Shown: positions 24,562 to 36,354, counted from the first letter of the stretch. The stretch is DNA of 64,000 nucleotides from a bacterium (GCA_037142515.1 JBAXAM010000003.1:9484-73483), one strand, 5' to 3'. A program made the numbers and translations. Notes: generated from the letters alone by a model not told the origin.

Positions 24562-24761
24562 TGAAAGCAAGTGAATTAAGAGCCAAAACATCTGATGAGT
24601 TAACTGCTGAGTTGGCAACTTTACAAAAAGAGCAGTTTAATTTGCGTATCCAGAGAAGCACTGGTGAGGCTCCGCGTACGCATAATTTTCGACTAGTGCG
24701 ACGTAAAATTGCGCAAATTAAAACTATTTTGAATGAGAAAATACATGAACAAAAAGGCTAA
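24561..24761 (+). CDS. rpmC: 50S ribosomal protein L29
   Basis: A 66-aa ORF reading [31 protein letters not shown], in the conserved position. Confidence 0.95.
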   Translation: MKASELRAKTSDELTAELATLQKEQFNLRIQRSTGEAPRTHNFRLVRRKIAQIKTILNEKIHEQKG

Positions 24762-25014
24762 AGTTGTTCGTACACTGAGTGGCAGTGTGGTTAGTAATAA
24801 AATGGATAAAACCATTGTGGTATTGGTTGTGCGTAAAATTAAGCATCCTCTCTATGGTAAATATATAAAGCGCTCAACCAAAATTCATGCACATGATGAA
24901 AAAAATATTTGTAAAGAAGGCGATGTTGTTGTTATTGTAGAGTCTCGACCAATTTCCCGTACTAAACATTGGAAATTGCACGAGGTAATTAAAAAATGTG
25001 GTGAGGAATCTTAA
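24745..25014 (+). CDS. rpsQ: 30S ribosomal protein S17
   Basis: [52 protein letters not shown]. The start could also be ATG 24733. Confidence 0.93.
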   Translation: MNKKAKVVRTLSGSVVSNKMDKTIVVLVVRKIKHPLYGKYIKRSTKIHAHDEKNICKEGDVVVIVESRPISRTKHWKLHEVIKKCGEES

Positions 25015-25382
25015 TGATTCAAATGCTAACAGTGTTGAATGTGGCAGATAATAGCGGTGCTCGCCGAGTTATGTGTATTAAGGTATTGGGTAGTACTAGA
25101 AATCGTTATGCTCATATTGGCGATGTCATTAAAGCTTCGGTAAAAGATGCTATTCCCGATGGTAAGGTTAAAAAAGGTGAGGTGGTATTTGCTTTAGTAG
25201 TTCGTACTAAAGAGGGGGTGCGTCGTGATGATGGTGCTCTGATTCGTTTTGATGACAATGCAGTTGTTTTGTTGAATGCTCAAATGCAACCCATTGGTAC
25301 GCGTGTTTTTGGTCCAGTAACGCGCGAACTTAGAAATGAAAAATTTATGAAGATTGTATCGCTTGCTTTAGAGGTGCTTTAA
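25014..25382 (+). CDS. rplN: 50S ribosomal protein L14
   Basis: [26 protein letters not shown]...[12 protein letters not shown]. Confidence 0.98.
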   Translation: MIQMLTVLNVADNSGARRVMCIKVLGSTRNRYAHIGDVIKASVKDAIPDGKVKKGEVVFALVVRTKEGVRRDDGALIRFDDNAVVLLNAQMQPIGTRVFGPVTRELRNEKFMKIVSLALEVL

Positions 25383-25383
25383 T

Positions 25384-25704
25384 ATGCGTAAGATAAAAAA
25401 AGGCGATGAAGTTATAATATTAACCGGCAAAAGCAAAGGGGTGCGCGGCAAGATTTTGCGTACTCTTGAGAAAGGCGCTAGGGTTATGGTTGAAGGTGCG
25501 AACATGGTTAAGAAGCATGTTAAGCCAAATCCGAATACCAATACGCAGGGTGGTATTATTGAGCGTGAGGCGTCGTTGCATATTTCTAATGTCGCTATTT
25601 ATAACCAAGGTACAAAAAAAGCTGATCGCATTATTTTTAAAGTTTTACAGGATGGAAAAAAAGTCCGCTGTTTTAAATCTAATAGCGAGTTGGTAGAGAT
25701 TTAA
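25384..25704 (+). CDS. rplX: 50S ribosomal protein L24
   Basis: [25 protein letters not shown] (KOW motif), in the conserved position. Confidence 0.96.
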   Translation: MRKIKKGDEVIILTGKSKGVRGKILRTLEKGARVMVEGANMVKKHVKPNPNTNTQGGIIEREASLHISNVAIYNQGTKKADRIIFKVLQDGKKVRCFKSNSELVEI

Positions 25705-25705
25705 T

Positions 25706-26254
25706 ATGACAACAAGATTTGAAAAATTATATAAAGATACAGTCGTTAAGCAATTAATGAAGCACTTCAAGTATAAAAACATTATGCAAGTGCCTAAAAT
25801 AACTAAAATCACTCTTAACATGGGTGTGGGTGAAGCAGCGGCAGACAAAAAAATTATGACTAATGCGCTTGATGATCTAACCAAGATTGCTGGGCAAAAA
25901 GCTGTTGCGACTTTATCGCGTAAATCAATAGCAGGTTTCAAAATTCGTTCTGATTGGCCAATTGGCTGCAAAGTAACTTTGCGTAGTAAGCGTATGTATG
26001 AGTTTTTTGATCGCTTAGTTACCATAGTTATTCCACGTATTCGTGATTTTCGCGGTTTGAATGCTCGTTCATTTGATGGACGTGGTAACTATAGTATGGG
26101 TATTAAAGAACAGATAGTTTTTCCTGAAATTAATTACGATAAAATTGACACTTTACGTGGTTTGGATATTGCTATCACTACTACGGCAAAAACCGATGAA
26201 GAAGCTAAGGCATTATTGCGAGCTTTTGGATTACCATTAAGAGAGTTGAAATAA
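25706..26254 (+). CDS. rplE: 50S ribosomal protein L5
   Basis: ...[16 protein letters not shown]...[20 protein letters not shown]...RDFRGL...[20 protein letters not shown]. Confidence 0.98.
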   Translation: MTTRFEKLYKDTVVKQLMKHFKYKNIMQVPKITKITLNMGVGEAAADKKIMTNALDDLTKIAGQKAVATLSRKSIAGFKIRSDWPIGCKVTLRSKRMYEFFDRLVTIVIPRIRDFRGLNARSFDGRGNYSMGIKEQIVFPEINYDKIDTLRGLDIAITTTAKTDEEAKALLRAFGLPLRELK

Positions 26255-26262
26255 GGGGCCCT

Positions 26263-26568
26263 ATGGCAAAAACATCAATGATTGCTCGTGAGGCTAAGCG
26301 CCATAAGCTTGTAAAAAAAGCGATGGTTAAACGAGCTGAGCTACGTGATATTATTAAGAGTCTGAATACGAGTTTTGAAGAAAAAATGATTGCGGTGGAT
26401 AAGCTTAGTAAGAGTCCGCGCGATGAGAGTGCAATTCGTATACGTAGTCGTTGTCAGATATGTGGACGCCCACGTGCTGTGTATAGGAAATTTGGTTTAT
26501 GTCGTATACATTTGCGTGAAGCAGCAATGCGCGGTGATGTACCTGGATTAGTAAAGGCGAGTTGGTAA
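26263..26568 (+). CDS. rpsN: 30S ribosomal protein S14
   Basis: [13 protein letters not shown]...[28 protein letters not shown]. Confidence 0.97.
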   Translation: MAKTSMIAREAKRHKLVKKAMVKRAELRDIIKSLNTSFEEKMIAVDKLSKSPRDESAIRIRSRCQICGRPRAVYRKFGLCRIHLREAAMRGDVPGLVKASW

Positions 26569-26595
26569 ATAATATTTTGTAAAAGGCATTAAATT

Positions 26596-26991
26596 ATGAG
26601 TATGAGTGATCCGATTGCTGATATGTTAACGAGGATTAGAAACGCACAGGCGGCGCGTAAGCCAGATGTTTCTATGCCCATGACAAAACTTAAGGCTGCA
26701 ATAGCAGAAGTTTTGAAGACCGAAGGATATATTTTAGATTATAGGGCAGAAGAAATTGATAATAAAAAGCAGTTGGTGCTCGACTTAAAATATTATCAAG
26801 GTAAGCCGGTTATTGAAAATATTCGACGTATTAGCCGCCCAGGACTGCGTGTATATCGAGATAAGAGTAAGATACCACAAATTATGGGTGGCATGGGGAT
26901 TGCTATTGTTTCTACATCAAAAGGAATAATGAGCGATCGTGCAGCACGCCTTCTTGGTGAAGGTGGCGAACTATTGTGTAGCGTGAATTAA
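26596..26991 (+). CDS. rpsH: 30S ribosomal protein S8
   Basis: [20 protein letters not shown]...ISRPGLRVY...[21 protein letters not shown]. Confidence 0.98.
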   Translation: MSMSDPIADMLTRIRNAQAARKPDVSMPMTKLKAAIAEVLKTEGYILDYRAEEIDNKKQLVLDLKYYQGKPVIENIRRISRPGLRVYRDKSKIPQIMGGMGIAIVSTSKGIMSDRAARLLGEGGELLCSVN

Positions 26992-27001
26992 AGGGGCCCA
27001 G

Positions 27002-27535
27002 ATGTCAAGAGTTGCAAAAAAACCGATAGTTATCCCAGCTGGGGTTGAAGTGAGTATTCACGGGTCAGAAGTTAAAATTAAAGGACCCAAAGGTACCATG
27101 CAGCTGCATTCTCAGGAAATGGTCGGTGTTAAAAAAGAGAATAACGAAATTACATTTGTGCCTGATGAAAAATTTGAAAATTCCGATGCGATTGCCGGTA
27201 CAACTAGAGCATTACTGGGAAACATGGTTATCGGAGTTACCAAGGGTTTTGAGCGTAAATTAATATTAGTTGGCGTTGGTTTTAAAGCTCAAATTCAAGG
27301 CAAGGTTTTGAATTTGGCTCTTGGTTTTTCACACCCGATTAAATTCTCAATTCCGGTTGGGATAAGTATTGAAGCACCAAGTCAAACAGAAATTATAATC
27401 AAAGGTATAGATAGGCATATGGTTGGTCAAGTAGCAGCAAAGATTAGAGGTTTCAGGCCACCAGAGCCATACAAAGGAAAGGGTGTAAGGTATGACGGCG
27501 AGGTTATAGTTAAAAAAGAGGGTAAGAAGAAATAA
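27002..27535 (+). CDS. rplF: 50S ribosomal protein L6
   Basis: [17 protein letters not shown]...GVGFKAQ...[11 protein letters not shown]. Confidence 0.97.
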   Translation: MSRVAKKPIVIPAGVEVSIHGSEVKIKGPKGTMQLHSQEMVGVKKENNEITFVPDEKFENSDAIAGTTRALLGNMVIGVTKGFERKLILVGVGFKAQIQGKVLNLALGFSHPIKFSIPVGISIEAPSQTEIIIKGIDRHMVGQVAAKIRGFRPPEPYKGKGVRYDGEVIVKKEGKKK

Positions 27536-27885
27536 TGGATAAGAAAAAGACGCGCATGCGTCGTGCTAAAAAAACGCGTTCAAAGATTAATGAATTAAGC
27601 ATGCCACGTTTAAGTGTGTATCGTACGCCTCGCCATATCTATGCGCAGTTAATTATGCCTGGTGGTAAGGTTGCTACTAGTGCATCTACACTCGATACTG
27701 ATGTGAAAAAAGGTTGTGCGTATGGTGGTAATATTAAGGCAGCAGCTGTGGTTGGCAAGACAATAGCCGTGCGAATTAAAGAGATTGGGATTGCTAAGGT
27801 AGCTTTTGATCGGTCTGGTTTTAGGTATCATGGCCGGGTGAGAGCACTTGCTGATGCTGCACGTGAACAAGGTTTAGAGTTTTAG
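27535..27885 (+). CDS. rplR: 50S ribosomal protein L18
   Basis: ...[16 protein letters not shown]...[28 protein letters not shown]. Confidence 0.97.
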   Translation: MDKKKTRMRRAKKTRSKINELSMPRLSVYRTPRHIYAQLIMPGGKVATSASTLDTDVKKGCAYGGNIKAAAVVGKTIAVRIKEIGIAKVAFDRSGFRYHGRVRALADAAREQGLEF

Positions 27886-27897
27886 GAAATAAAAAAG

Positions 27898-28407
27898 ATG
27901 GCAACTACAGATAAAAACGCAGCTGATGCATTACAAGAAAAATTGGTGTCGGTAAAGCGTACTGCTAAAGTCGTGAAGGGTGGTAGAATTTTTGGTTTTG
28001 CTGCCATTGTAGTAATTGGTGACGGTAAAGGAAGAATTGGTTTTGGTATGGGTAAGTCGCGTGAAGTTCCAGCGGCAATTCAAAAAGCTATGGAAAGCGG
28101 GAGGCGCAATATGTACCGTATTCCTTTAAAAGGTAGCACGATTCAGCATCCTATAATCGGACGGCACGGGGCAACTAAAGTTGTGATGATTCCTGCTGGC
28201 GAAGGTACGGGATTAATTGCTGGCGGTGCAATGCGTGCGGTTTGTGAAGTTATTGGTATTCGCGATATTTTAGCTAAGTGTGTAGGCTCAAGAAGCCCAA
28301 TTAATGTTGTGCGTGCGACGCTTAAAGCTTTAACTGAGATGACAACACCTGAAGATATTGCGGCAAAACGCGGTCTTAGTGTTGACGAATTGATATCGAA
28401 AAAATAG
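27898..28407 (+). CDS. rpsE: 30S ribosomal protein S5
   Basis: ...[49 protein letters not shown]. Confidence 0.98.
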   Translation: MATTDKNAADALQEKLVSVKRTAKVVKGGRIFGFAAIVVIGDGKGRIGFGMGKSREVPAAIQKAMESGRRNMYRIPLKGSTIQHPIIGRHGATKVVMIPAGEGTGLIAGGAMRAVCEVIGIRDILAKCVGSRSPINVVRATLKALTEMTTPEDIAAKRGLSVDELISKK

Positions 28408-28422
28408 TAAAAAAATAAATTT

Positions 28423-28596
28423 ATGATTAAAATTACTTTAGTAAAAAGTACTAATAAAAAATTGAAGAGCCATAAAGCATGTGCCCATGGTTTGGGTTTG
28501 TTTCGTATTGGCCAAACAGTCAAGGTTAAAAATACCCCAGAAAATTGCGGTATGATTAACAAAGTTAATTATTTATTGAAAGTTGAGAAAATTTAA
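28423..28596 (+). CDS. rpmD: 50S ribosomal protein L30
   Basis: This gene is not in the ORF track because it is shorter than 60 aa. My translation is MIKITLVKSTNKKLKSHKACAHGLGLFRIGQTVKVKNTPENCGMINKVNYLLKVEKI (57 aa), in the gap between rpsE and rplO. Confidence 0.92.
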   Translation: MIKITLVKSTNKKLKSHKACAHGLGLFRIGQTVKVKNTPENCGMINKVNYLLKVEKI

Positions 28597-29028
28597 ATGC
28601 GCCTCAATACATTAAAGCCAGCGGTTGGGTCAAAACAAGAGCGAGTACGAGTTGGTCGTGGCATGGGTAGCGGTTTGGGTAAAACATGTGGACGCGGTCA
28701 TAAGGGAGCAAAAGCTCGTTCTGGCTATAGCTGTAAAAGTGGTTTTGAGGGTGGACAATTGCCTTTGCAACGTCGTCTGCCAAAGTTTGGATTTACTTCT
28801 TTACGAGCTAATGAAAACGCTGAAATACAGTTGCGTGATTTAAATAAGGTTAAAGCAGCGCGCATTGATCTTGCTGAGCTGGAAAAAGCAAATTTGATTG
28901 GTAGTAGTATTAAGCGTGCCAAAGTTATTTTGGCTGGTAATATCAACAAGGCTGTTACTTTAGTTGGTATCGGAGTTACAGCTGGAGCCCGCAAGGCAAT
29001 TGAAGCAGCCGGCGGAAAAATCGAGTAG
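28597..29028 (+). CDS. rplO: 50S ribosomal protein L15
   Basis: [43 protein letters not shown]. Confidence 0.97.
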   Translation: MRLNTLKPAVGSKQERVRVGRGMGSGLGKTCGRGHKGAKARSGYSCKSGFEGGQLPLQRRLPKFGFTSLRANENAEIQLRDLNKVKAARIDLAELEKANLIGSSIKRAKVILAGNINKAVTLVGIGVTAGARKAIEAAGGKIE

Positions 29029-29036
29029 TATTAATA

Positions 29037-30356
29037 ATGGCACAAAAAAGTTCAGCTGGAGCAAAAAGTGGTTTAAGTGAGCTAAAGCAACGGTTGTTGT
29101 TTTTGTTGCTTGGTATTTTGGTTTATCGCATTGGTTCTCATATTCCAGTTCCAGGAGTAGATCCGCAGCGATTAGCTGATTTTTTTAATCAGCAAAAAAA
29201 CGGAATACTAGGTTTGTTCAGCATGTTTTCTGGTGGTAATTTTGCAAAATTTACAATTTTTGCTTTGGGAGTGATGCCGTATATTTCTTCCTCTATTATC
29301 ATACAATTATTTTCTTCTATAGTGCCGCAATTAGAGCAATTGAAAAAAGAGGGAGAGATTGGGAAACGGAAAATTAACCAGTATACGAGATATGGAACGC
29401 TTGCGCTTTCACTTTTTCAGGCGCTTGGTATCTCCAAGTATTTGACTGCTTCTGGAGTAGTACTAATTCCGGGACCATATTTTTATTTTGTTGCAACGTT
29501 GACGCTTACTACTGGTACTATGTTTATAGTATGGCTTGGTGAACAAATGACCGAGCGCGGTATTGGTAACGGTATTTCGATGATAATTTTTGCTGGAATT
29601 GTTGCGCGTTTTCCGGAAGCTGTAATTAAAGTGATGACGATGGTTCGTCAAGGGCAGATGCAAGTTATATCGTTGTTTTTGTTGGTAGCTGTAGTTATTG
29701 TTGTAACTGGTTTTGTGGTTTTTGTTGAGCGAGGTCAAAGACGAATTACTGTAAACTACGCTAAAAGACAGACTGGAAGAATGTTATATAATGCTCAAAG
29801 TAGCAACCTGCCGCTTAAAATAAACATGGCAGGAGTGATACCGCCGATTTTTGCTTCGAGCATTGTTATGTTTCCTGCTACTTTGGCGCAGTGGTTTGGG
29901 CAGACCAAGGGAATGGAGTGGTTAGGCCAGTTTGGTCTTTTTATATCGGTGGGGCAGCCCCTGTATTATATTTTTTACGCTGTAGCGATAGTTTTTTTCT
30001 GTTTTTTTTATACTGCGCTAGTTTTTAATCCAAAAGAAATAGCGGAAAATTTGAAAAAATCTGGAGCATTTATTCCCGGTATTAGACCGGGTGAGAACAC
30101 AGCATCGTATATTGATTTGGTTATAACGCGTTTGACATTTTTTGGAGCAATTTATATTACTTTGGTTTCATTGTTGCCCGACTTGTTAATGTTTAAGTGG
30201 CATATGCCGTTTTATTTTGGAGGTACGTCTCTTTTAATTGTGGTTGTGGTATTGATGGATTTTATGTCGCAAGTGCAAGCGCATTTGCTGTCGCATCAAT
30301 ATGACTCAATCATGAAAAAATCTCGCTTAAAAGGCGGTGGGATGATGGTAAGGTAA
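29037..30356 (+). CDS. secY: preprotein translocase subunit SecY
   Basis: A 439-aa polytopic membrane protein with [41 protein letters not shown] and [11 protein letters not shown]. It occupies the rplO-secY-rpmJ position. Confidence 0.98.
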   Translation: MAQKSSAGAKSGLSELKQRLLFLLLGILVYRIGSHIPVPGVDPQRLADFFNQQKNGILGLFSMFSGGNFAKFTIFALGVMPYISSSIIIQLFSSIVPQLEQLKKEGEIGKRKINQYTRYGTLALSLFQALGISKYLTASGVVLIPGPYFYFVATLTLTTGTMFIVWLGEQMTERGIGNGISMIIFAGIVARFPEAVIKVMTMVRQGQMQVISLFLLVAVVIVVTGFVVFVERGQRRITVNYAKRQTGRMLYNAQSSNLPLKINMAGVIPPIFASSIVMFPATLAQWFGQTKGMEWLGQFGLFISVGQPLYYIFYAVAIVFFCFFYTALVFNPKEIAENLKKSGAFIPGIRPGENTASYIDLVITRLTFFGAIYITLVSLLPDLLMFKWHMPFYFGGTSLLIVVVVLMDFMSQVQAHLLSHQYDSIMKKSRLKGGGMMVR

Positions 30357-30375
30357 AAACATATAGAGTATTAAT

Positions 30376-30489
30376 ATGAAAGTAAGAGCATCAGTTAAAA
30401 AAATGTGTCGTAATTGCAAAGTGGTTCGTCGCAGAGGCGTGATTCATATTATCTGCAAAGAGGCGAGGCATAAGCAGCGACAAGGATAG
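30376..30489 (+). CDS. rpmJ: 50S ribosomal protein L36
   Basis: This gene is not in the ORF track. My translation is [37 protein letters not shown] (37 aa, CxxC...C....H zinc-ribbon form). Confidence 0.93.
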   Translation: MKVRASVKKMCRNCKVVRRRGVIHIICKEARHKQRQG

Positions 30490-30590
30490 CTTAAAATTGA
30501 TTTTTATTTTATTTAATGTATTCTTGACGCCCCTGGTGTTCGAGAGTTTTGGTGAATTATGAAATATATACATAAAGATGGAGTGTTGTA

Positions 30591-30971
30591 ATGGCACGTA
30601 TCGCAGGTATTAATATTCCGGTGCATAAGCACGCGAGCATTGGGTTAACCGCTATTTTTGGTATTGGCAGAAAGCGCGCGCTTGTTATTTGTGAAAAAGC
30701 AAAAGTCGATCCTTCGCGTAAAATTAAAGACTTGACTGAAGCAGAGGTTGAGGCTTTGCGTGTTCAGGTAAGCAAATTTACTATTGAGGGAGATTTGCGC
30801 CGTGAAGTTTCCATGAGTATTAAACGACTCATGGATCTTGGATGTTATCGTGGGGTACGTCATCGCCGTGGTTTGCCTGTGCGCGGTCAACGTACCAGAA
30901 CTAATGCGCGTACCCGTAAAGGTAAAAGAAAAGCAGCAGTAACTCTACAAAAGGCTCCAGCAAAAGGGTAA
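30591..30971 (+). CDS. rpsM: 30S ribosomal protein S13
   Basis: [26 protein letters not shown]...[26 protein letters not shown]. Confidence 0.98.
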   Translation: MARIAGINIPVHKHASIGLTAIFGIGRKRALVICEKAKVDPSRKIKDLTEAEVEALRVQVSKFTIEGDLRREVSMSIKRLMDLGCYRGVRHRRGLPVRGQRTRTNARTRKGKRKAAVTLQKAPAKG

Positions 30972-30975
30972 TAAT

Positions 30976-31368
30976 ATGACAACACCAGCACGTGCTCCAG
31001 TTAAGAAAAAAATAAAACGCAATATCGTTGATGCGATTGCGTATATTAGTGCTTCTTTTAATAATACGATCATTGCGCTTACCGATAAGCAGGGGAATGT
31101 TTTAGCTTGGTCTTCGGCTGGTACTTGTGGTTTTAAAGGCTCACGCAAGAGTACTCCGTTTGCTGCCCAGGTTGCTGCCGAAAAAGTAGGTATTATCGCT
31201 AAAGAATATGGTGTTAAGAATATAGAGCTTTACGTTAAAGGGCCGGGGCCGGGAAGAGATTCAGCGGGTCGTTCGCTTAATGCTTTGGGATTTAAAATCA
31301 CTAGCGTCACTGACAAAACTCCTCTGCCGCATAACGGCTGCAGGCCTAGAAAAAAGAGAAGAGTATAA
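30976..31368 (+). CDS. rpsK: 30S ribosomal protein S11
   Basis: ...[42 protein letters not shown]...[13 protein letters not shown]. Confidence 0.98.
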   Translation: MTTPARAPVKKKIKRNIVDAIAYISASFNNTIIALTDKQGNVLAWSSAGTCGFKGSRKSTPFAAQVAAEKVGIIAKEYGVKNIELYVKGPGPGRDSAGRSLNALGFKITSVTDKTPLPHNGCRPRKKRRV

Positions 31369-31385
31369 CTTTGAGGGTTGCTTAG

Positions 31386-32009
31386 ATGGCAAAATATATC
31401 GGTCCAAAATGTCGCTTATCGCGTCGTGAAGGTGTTGATTTACTGCTCAAAAGTAGAGCGCGTTCTTTAGAATCAAAATGTAAGGCTGATACTCCTCCCG
31501 GACAGTTTGGTGATAAGGTTGGTAAAAAAGCGACGGATTACAGTGTGCAGCTGCGTATGAAGCAGTTGGTCAAACGCTACTATGGAATTTTAGAAAAGCA
31601 GTTTCATAATTACTACAAGCGTGCTGATAGTCGCAAAGGATCAACTGGTAAAAATTTGATTCACTTACTCGAATCAAGGCTAGACAATGTGGTATATCGT
31701 TTAGGATTTGCTGCAACACGCGCTGAGGCACGGCAGTTGGTAAGCCACAAAGCGGTAGCGGTTAATGGTAAGACTGTTAATATTCCATCGTATTTAGTTG
31801 GTGTTAATGATGAGATTTCAATTAAAGAAAAGAATAAAAAACAAGGCCGTATTACTTCATCCCTAGAACTTGCTGAAAAAGGCACAACTTCTGAGTGGTT
31901 AATTGTAGATGCTAGCAAAATGACCGGTGTTTTTAAGCGTTTTCCAGATGTTAATGAATTCCCACCTGAATTTCAGGTTCACTTGGTGGTTGAGCTTTAC
32001 TCAAAATAA
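31386..32009 (+). CDS. rpsD: 30S ribosomal protein S4
   Basis: [19 protein letters not shown]...[35 protein letters not shown]. Confidence 0.98.
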   Translation: MAKYIGPKCRLSRREGVDLLLKSRARSLESKCKADTPPGQFGDKVGKKATDYSVQLRMKQLVKRYYGILEKQFHNYYKRADSRKGSTGKNLIHLLESRLDNVVYRLGFAATRAEARQLVSHKAVAVNGKTVNIPSYLVGVNDEISIKEKNKKQGRITSSLELAEKGTTSEWLIVDASKMTGVFKRFPDVNEFPPEFQVHLVVELYSK

Positions 32010-32019
32010 AGAGGCTAGA

Positions 32020-33048
32020 ATGCAGGATATTTATCGTAGTTTTTTAACGCCACGCGTTATTCAAGTTAAAAAAATTAGCTCGACTAGTGCCGAGATTGTG
32101 CTCGAACCTTTTGAGCGTGGTTTTGGGCATACGTTAGGCAATGCTTTGCGGCGTATTTTGTTGTCTTCGATGGAAGGAGCAGCAGTAACGGCGGTGCAAA
32201 TTGACAATGTATTACATGAGTATAGCACTATCGAAGGAGTGCGTGAGGATGTGGTTGACATTGTGCTAAATTTAAAAGGCGTTCGTTTTAAAATGTATGG
32301 GCGTCGTAAAATAGTGCTAGAATTGAATAAAGATACTCCTGGACCAGTAACGGCACAAGATATCAAACTTGAACATGATGTTGAAATTGTAAATCCAGAG
32401 CATGTGATTGCACATATTTCTGGGGGTGGTAAGCTTGGTATGCGTATTACGGTAGCTTTGGGTCGTGGTTACCAGCCATCAAATGTGCATACTCAAGATG
32501 AAGAAAAGAGTCGTGCGGTTGGCAAGATATTAATTGATGCTTCTTTCAGTCCTGTATTAAGAGTTGCGTATCATGTTGAAAATGCCCGTGTTGAAAAGCG
32601 TACTGACCTTGACAAATTAGTCATCGATTTGGAAACTAATGGTACTTTGGATCCAGAAGAAGCGATCCGTATTGGTGCTACGATTTTGCAACATCAACTT
32701 GAAGCATTTGTTGAATTGCGCAAGCCTGAAGAGCCAAAGGTTGAAGAAAAAAATGATGAAATAAATCCGTTATTAATGCGTCCAGTTGATGATTTGGAGT
32801 TAACAGTACGTTCTGCCAATTGTCTCAAAGGTGAAAATATTTTCTTCATTGGAGATTTAGTGCAGCGTGATGAAAACAGTTTGCTTAGAACGCCCAATTT
32901 AGGCAAAAAATCACTAAACGAAATTAAGACTATCTTAGCCACGCGAAGTTTGTCGCTAGGAATGAAAATAGAAGGTTGGCCGCCTCCTGGTTTAGAAGCT
33001 CCTGTGGTTGAACCTGATTATGATGCTGAAAATAAAAATATAAAATAA
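32020..33048 (+). CDS. rpoA: DNA-directed RNA polymerase subunit alpha
   Basis: [16 protein letters not shown]...[17 protein letters not shown]... plus the C-terminal domain [24 protein letters not shown] used ATG 32020. The track start at 31927 overlaps rpsD. Confidence 0.97.
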   Translation: MQDIYRSFLTPRVIQVKKISSTSAEIVLEPFERGFGHTLGNALRRILLSSMEGAAVTAVQIDNVLHEYSTIEGVREDVVDIVLNLKGVRFKMYGRRKIVLELNKDTPGPVTAQDIKLEHDVEIVNPEHVIAHISGGGKLGMRITVALGRGYQPSNVHTQDEEKSRAVGKILIDASFSPVLRVAYHVENARVEKRTDLDKLVIDLETNGTLDPEEAIRIGATILQHQLEAFVELRKPEEPKVEEKNDEINPLLMRPVDDLELTVRSANCLKGENIFFIGDLVQRDENSLLRTPNLGKKSLNEIKTILATRSLSLGMKIEGWPPPGLEAPVVEPDYDAENKNIK

Positions 33049-33065
33049 AAAAGTGGTAGGAAATT

Positions 33066-33446
33066 ATGCGCCATCGTAATAGCGGTAGAAATTTAAGTCG
33101 TACCAGTAGCCATAGAAAAGCTATGTTTTGTAATATGGTTGCTTCGTTGTTTAAACATGAAGTAATTAAAACCACTTTAGCTAAGGCTAAGGAGCTTCGT
33201 TGCGTGGCTGAGCCATTGATTACTTTGGCGAAAAAAGATTCAGTGGCTCATCGTCGTTTAGCTTTCTCTCGCTTGCGAGATGATGTTGCTGTTGGTCGAT
33301 TATTTACTTCTTTGGGCCCACGCTACAAGGCGCGTCCTGGTGGCTATTTGCGTATTATTAAATGTGATGTTCGTACTGGAGATAAGGCACCAATGGCAAT
33401 TGTTGAATTGCTTGATCGTAAGCCAGAATCCGAAGAGAACGAATAA
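33066..33446 (+). CDS. rplQ: 50S ribosomal protein L17
   Basis: [45 protein letters not shown]. Confidence 0.98.
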   Translation: MRHRNSGRNLSRTSSHRKAMFCNMVASLFKHEVIKTTLAKAKELRCVAEPLITLAKKDSVAHRRLAFSRLRDDVAVGRLFTSLGPRYKARPGGYLRIIKCDVRTGDKAPMAIVELLDRKPESEENE

Positions 33447-33469
33447 GAGTTGTTGTAAAATAAAACAAA

Positions 33470-33497
33470 AATCCCCAGAAAGCTGGGGATTTTTTTA
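33470..33497. terminator. bidirectional Rho-independent terminator (rplQ / ssb)
   Basis: The stem tcccca (33472-33477) pairs with tgggga (33484-33489) across the loop gaaagc. It is flanked by aaaaa upstream and ttttttt downstream, so it can work for both convergent genes. Confidence 0.75.
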
Positions 33498-33971
33498 TCA
33501 GAATGGAATGTCGTCATCGATCGGCGCATGCGACGTTGCTGTGCTAACACTTTCTAAGTGGCCATTTGTAGGAATTTCTACAGAATCATGAATTGGTGGA
33601 GCAGTCTTTTCTCTGCTACTACCACCAGCGCCAGAGCGGCTATCAAGCATATGCATTTCGTTTGCAATAATTTCAGTGGTATAACGATCCATGCCAGTTT
33701 TATCCTGCCACTTACGAGTGCGTAATGAGCCCTCAACGTATATTTTTGAGCCTTTGTGTAGGTATTCACCAACAATTTCAGCCAAACGATTAAAAAAGAC
33801 TACTCGGTGCCACTCAGTTCTGTCCTGTAATTCACCAGATTGCTTATCTCTCCATGTTTCACTAGTTGCTAATGAGATAGTAGCAACTGCATTGCCATTT
33901 GGGGTATATCTAACTTCTGGATCGTTGCCAAGATTGCCAATTAAAATTACTTTATTCACTCCTCGAGCCAT
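33498..33971 (-). CDS. ssb: single-stranded DNA-binding protein
   Basis: [47 protein letters not shown]...TEWHRVVFF... ending in the acidic tail DDDIPF. I used the internal ATG 33971 rather than the track start at 34028. Confidence 0.96.
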   Translation of the reverse strand: MARGVNKVILIGNLGNDPEVRYTPNGNAVATISLATSETWRDKQSGELQDRTEWHRVVFFNRLAEIVGEYLHKGSKIYVEGSLRTRKWQDKTGMDRYTTEIIANEMHMLDSRSGAGGSSREKTAPPIHDSVEIPTNGHLESVSTATSHAPIDDDIPF

Positions 33972-34063
33972 GTTTTTTTCTCCAATTAAGGTGTTATAAG
34001 TGTACAAAATCTGATACATTCTACCCACTATTTATTGTTTTTGCATCCCCTTTGTTTTTAAAA

Positions 34064-34142
<79 letters not shown>

Positions 34143-34164
34143 AATTGAGGTTACAATTGGTACT

Positions 34165-34959
34165 ATGTTTGCTATGTTAAAAAATAAGTTAAAAATTTTT
34201 AGAGTGATGCTGCTGGCTGTTTTTATTTTCGGTGTGACTGGCTGTGCTATTAGTAAAGGACCTGTCGATCCGCAGGACCCTTATGAGCATTTTAATCGCA
34301 ATGTTTTTGCTTTTAATCTGGCTCTTGATCGTGCATTGCTTAGACCTGTAGCAAAAGCTTATGATTTCGTATTACCTTGGCCGGTAAAAAAAGGTGTACA
34401 TAATTTTTTTGATAACGTTGGTGATATTACTTCAGCCGCAAATGAAATTTTACAGTTAGATTTTCCTCAAGCTATAGCAGATATTGCTCGCGTGGTTATT
34501 AATACGATATTTGGTATTGGTGGTTTATTTGATGTGGCTACTCGATTGGGTGTGGAAAGAGATGTTGAAGATTTTGGTTTAACTCTTGCGCATTGGGGAT
34601 CTAGAGATACGCCATATATAGTGCTGCCTTTTTTCGGTCCAGCTACAGTGAGAGATGCTGTTGCGCTGCCCGTTAATTACTTTTTGCTGAGTCCTTGGGG
34701 ATATGTTAACTCTCAAGAAGTGCAGTATATTACAGCCGGATTATATTTCGTCCAGCGTCGTTCAGAGTTGTTGATAGGTGACAAAGTAGTTGGGCAGGCA
34801 TTTGACCCATATGTGTTTGTGCGCGATGCGTATTTACAGCGCCGAGAGTTTTTAATCAATGAAAATGATGCACGCCGTGTTGAGCGCTATGTTGCTGAAG
34901 ATGGTACCAAGCATCGAAAAACTCAAACCATACGACCCGAGAGTCATATTGTATATTAG
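34165..34959 (+). CDS. mlaA: MlaA/VacJ-family outer-membrane lipoprotein
   Basis: Signal peptide with lipobox (VFIFGVTGC), then DPYEHFNRNVFAFNLALDRALLRPVAKAY and the GLTLAHWG..PYIVLPFFGP motifs of VacJ/MlaA. The start was trimmed to ATG 34165 because the track ORF runs through tRNA-Pro. Confidence 0.88.
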   Translation: MFAMLKNKLKIFRVMLLAVFIFGVTGCAISKGPVDPQDPYEHFNRNVFAFNLALDRALLRPVAKAYDFVLPWPVKKGVHNFFDNVGDITSAANEILQLDFPQAIADIARVVINTIFGIGGLFDVATRLGVERDVEDFGLTLAHWGSRDTPYIVLPFFGPATVRDAVALPVNYFLLSPWGYVNSQEVQYITAGLYFVQRRSELLIGDKVVGQAFDPYVFVRDAYLQRREFLINENDARRVERYVAEDGTKHRKTQTIRPESHIVY

Positions 34960-34966
34960 GTGGATA

Positions 34967-35416
34967 CTATCGTAGCTTTGCCAGTCTTTGTTTTTGTCTT
35001 TCCCAATCGCGACTTTTTATAGATGCACGTTTGTCGTATTGTTTTTTGCCGCGTGCCAATGCGATATCAATTTTAACTTTATTTTTCTTCCAGTGTAAAT
35101 TAAGCGGGATAATTGTATATCCCTTGCGAGCGATCGCGCCAACTAATTTATTGAGTTCTTTTTTGTGGAGCAATAATTTGCGCGTTCGGTCGGCAACCGC
35201 GTGGACATGTGTTGAGGCGGTTGGTAGTGGCGCAAAATGAGAATTTAGTAAAAACGCCTCTCCATTTTTGAGGATTACGTGGCTTTCGCTAAGCTGCGCT
35301 TTGCCAGCACGTAGGCTTTTTATTTCCCAACCGGTAAGAGCTAACCCAGCTTCTAGTGTTTGTTCGATACTATAATCATGGCGTGCTTTACGGTTGTCGG
35401 TAATTAAGCTTGTCAT
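34967..35416 (-). CDS. smpB: SsrA-binding protein SmpB
   Basis: [40 protein letters not shown]...[32 protein letters not shown]. Confidence 0.96.
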   Translation of the reverse strand: MTSLITDNRKARHDYSIEQTLEAGLALTGWEIKSLRAGKAQLSESHVILKNGEAFLLNSHFAPLPTASTHVHAVADRTRKLLLHKKELNKLVGAIARKGYTIIPLNLHWKKNKVKIDIALARGKKQYDKRASIKSRDWERQKQRLAKLR

Positions 35417-35699
35417 TTTTAAACTCGAGTATTAGCTTTTTCTTTTCTATTTTTCCGCCATTGATTTGGTTTGTATAGACGTAGGTCCAGGTGTCGGTGT
35501 TAAACATATCAGTGAGCAATGGTGCTCCCAAAATGGAAGCCACTTCACTCTTGCTCAATCCAGTGTGTAGCTTAACCACCGTATGTTGATCAATGATGTT
35601 GCCCTGTTGTACATCTACACGATAAGGGCGTAGTCTGCTGCACCCGTCTAATAAAAGCAATAAAGACATGGTTACGAATATCAATAAAATTTTACGCAT
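35388..35699 (-). CDS. bamE: outer membrane protein assembly factor BamE (SmpA/OmlA)
   Basis: Lipoprotein signal (LLLLDGC), then [39 protein letters not shown]....W.YVY. Its 3' end overlaps the 5' end of smpB by 29 nt. Confidence 0.88.
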   Translation of the reverse strand: MRKILLIFVTMSLLLLLDGCSRLRPYRVDVQQGNIIDQHTVVKLHTGLSKSEVASILGAPLLTDMFNTDTWTYVYTNQINGGKIEKKKLILEFKNDKLNYRQP

Positions 35700-35799
35700 G
35701 GTAATGCCGCTCCGCTATTTTTGTTATATGATTCGACCCATATGATATGCCAACTATGGTTTTTTGTAAATTCAGTTATAATTTGGTACAATTTGCTAT

Positions 35800-36354
35800 A
35801 TGGTAGAGGAAACCTCAGCTTTTAATATTTGGAGTGAGCGCGATCTTGGTGTTGATACGACCACGGACCAAGATTTTGACACGGTATCAGAAGCTGATGT
35901 TAAGTATTGCTGTAACTCCTTTTATCCCTTTATACAGCTTGTTAATGCGGATGCAGTATTTGGTGAAGAACAGCCGCTAACTTTTGTTAAAGCGTCAACC
36001 GGTTGGATGCTTCACGATTACGGTGAGGCTATTAGTGCTTCCTCTCCTTATTCAGCAGAACAACAAAAAACCGCAAATAGCGTTCTTGACCAAGCAAAAA
36101 CCGTTGAAGAAATCGGAAAGCTCATTGCTGCAAAAAACTGGGTTTCAGTTGAGGTAATTGCGGGTTCGCCAATGATGAAGCGCTTTGTTTGGATAGAGGC
36201 AAAAAGATCCAAATTTGATTTGATTGGATATGAGCCAAATGCCAGCGATGAAAAATGCTACGATCGTTTAGCCAAGCGTGCTAAGGATATGGGGCTAGTT
36301 TGGGAGCATCCTATAAAAGTCCAGCCACAATCTAGTATAACCACAGCGACATAA
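35800..36354 (+). CDS. hypothetical protein (184 aa, acidic N-terminus; no family recognised)
   Basis: An open frame with the right codon periodicity, 41 nt upstream of the giant ORF on the same strand. TATAAT (35777-35782) and TACAAT (35787-35792) lie just upstream. There is no clear SD, so the start is uncertain and the mRNA may be near-leaderless. Confidence 0.55.
   Translation: MVEETSAFNIWSERDLGVDTTTDQDFDTVSEADVKYCCNSFYPFIQLVNADAVFGEEQPLTFVKASTGWMLHDYGEAISASSPYSAEQQKTANSVLDQAKTVEEIGKLIAAKNWVSVEVIAGSPMMKRFVWIEAKRSKFDLIGYEPNASDEKCYDRLAKRAKDMGLVWEHPIKVQPQSSITTAT

Noticed and set aside
30520-30590. Possible internal promoter (TTGACG at ~30524) for the alpha operon in the rpmJ-rpsM spacer.
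   Set aside because: I found no acceptable -10 hexamer at 16-18 nt spacing, so it is not reported as a feature.
30391-30597. 68-aa reverse-strand ORF between secY and rpsM.
   Set aside because: It lies opposite rpmJ (L36), which is clearly encoded on the + strand at 30376-30489.
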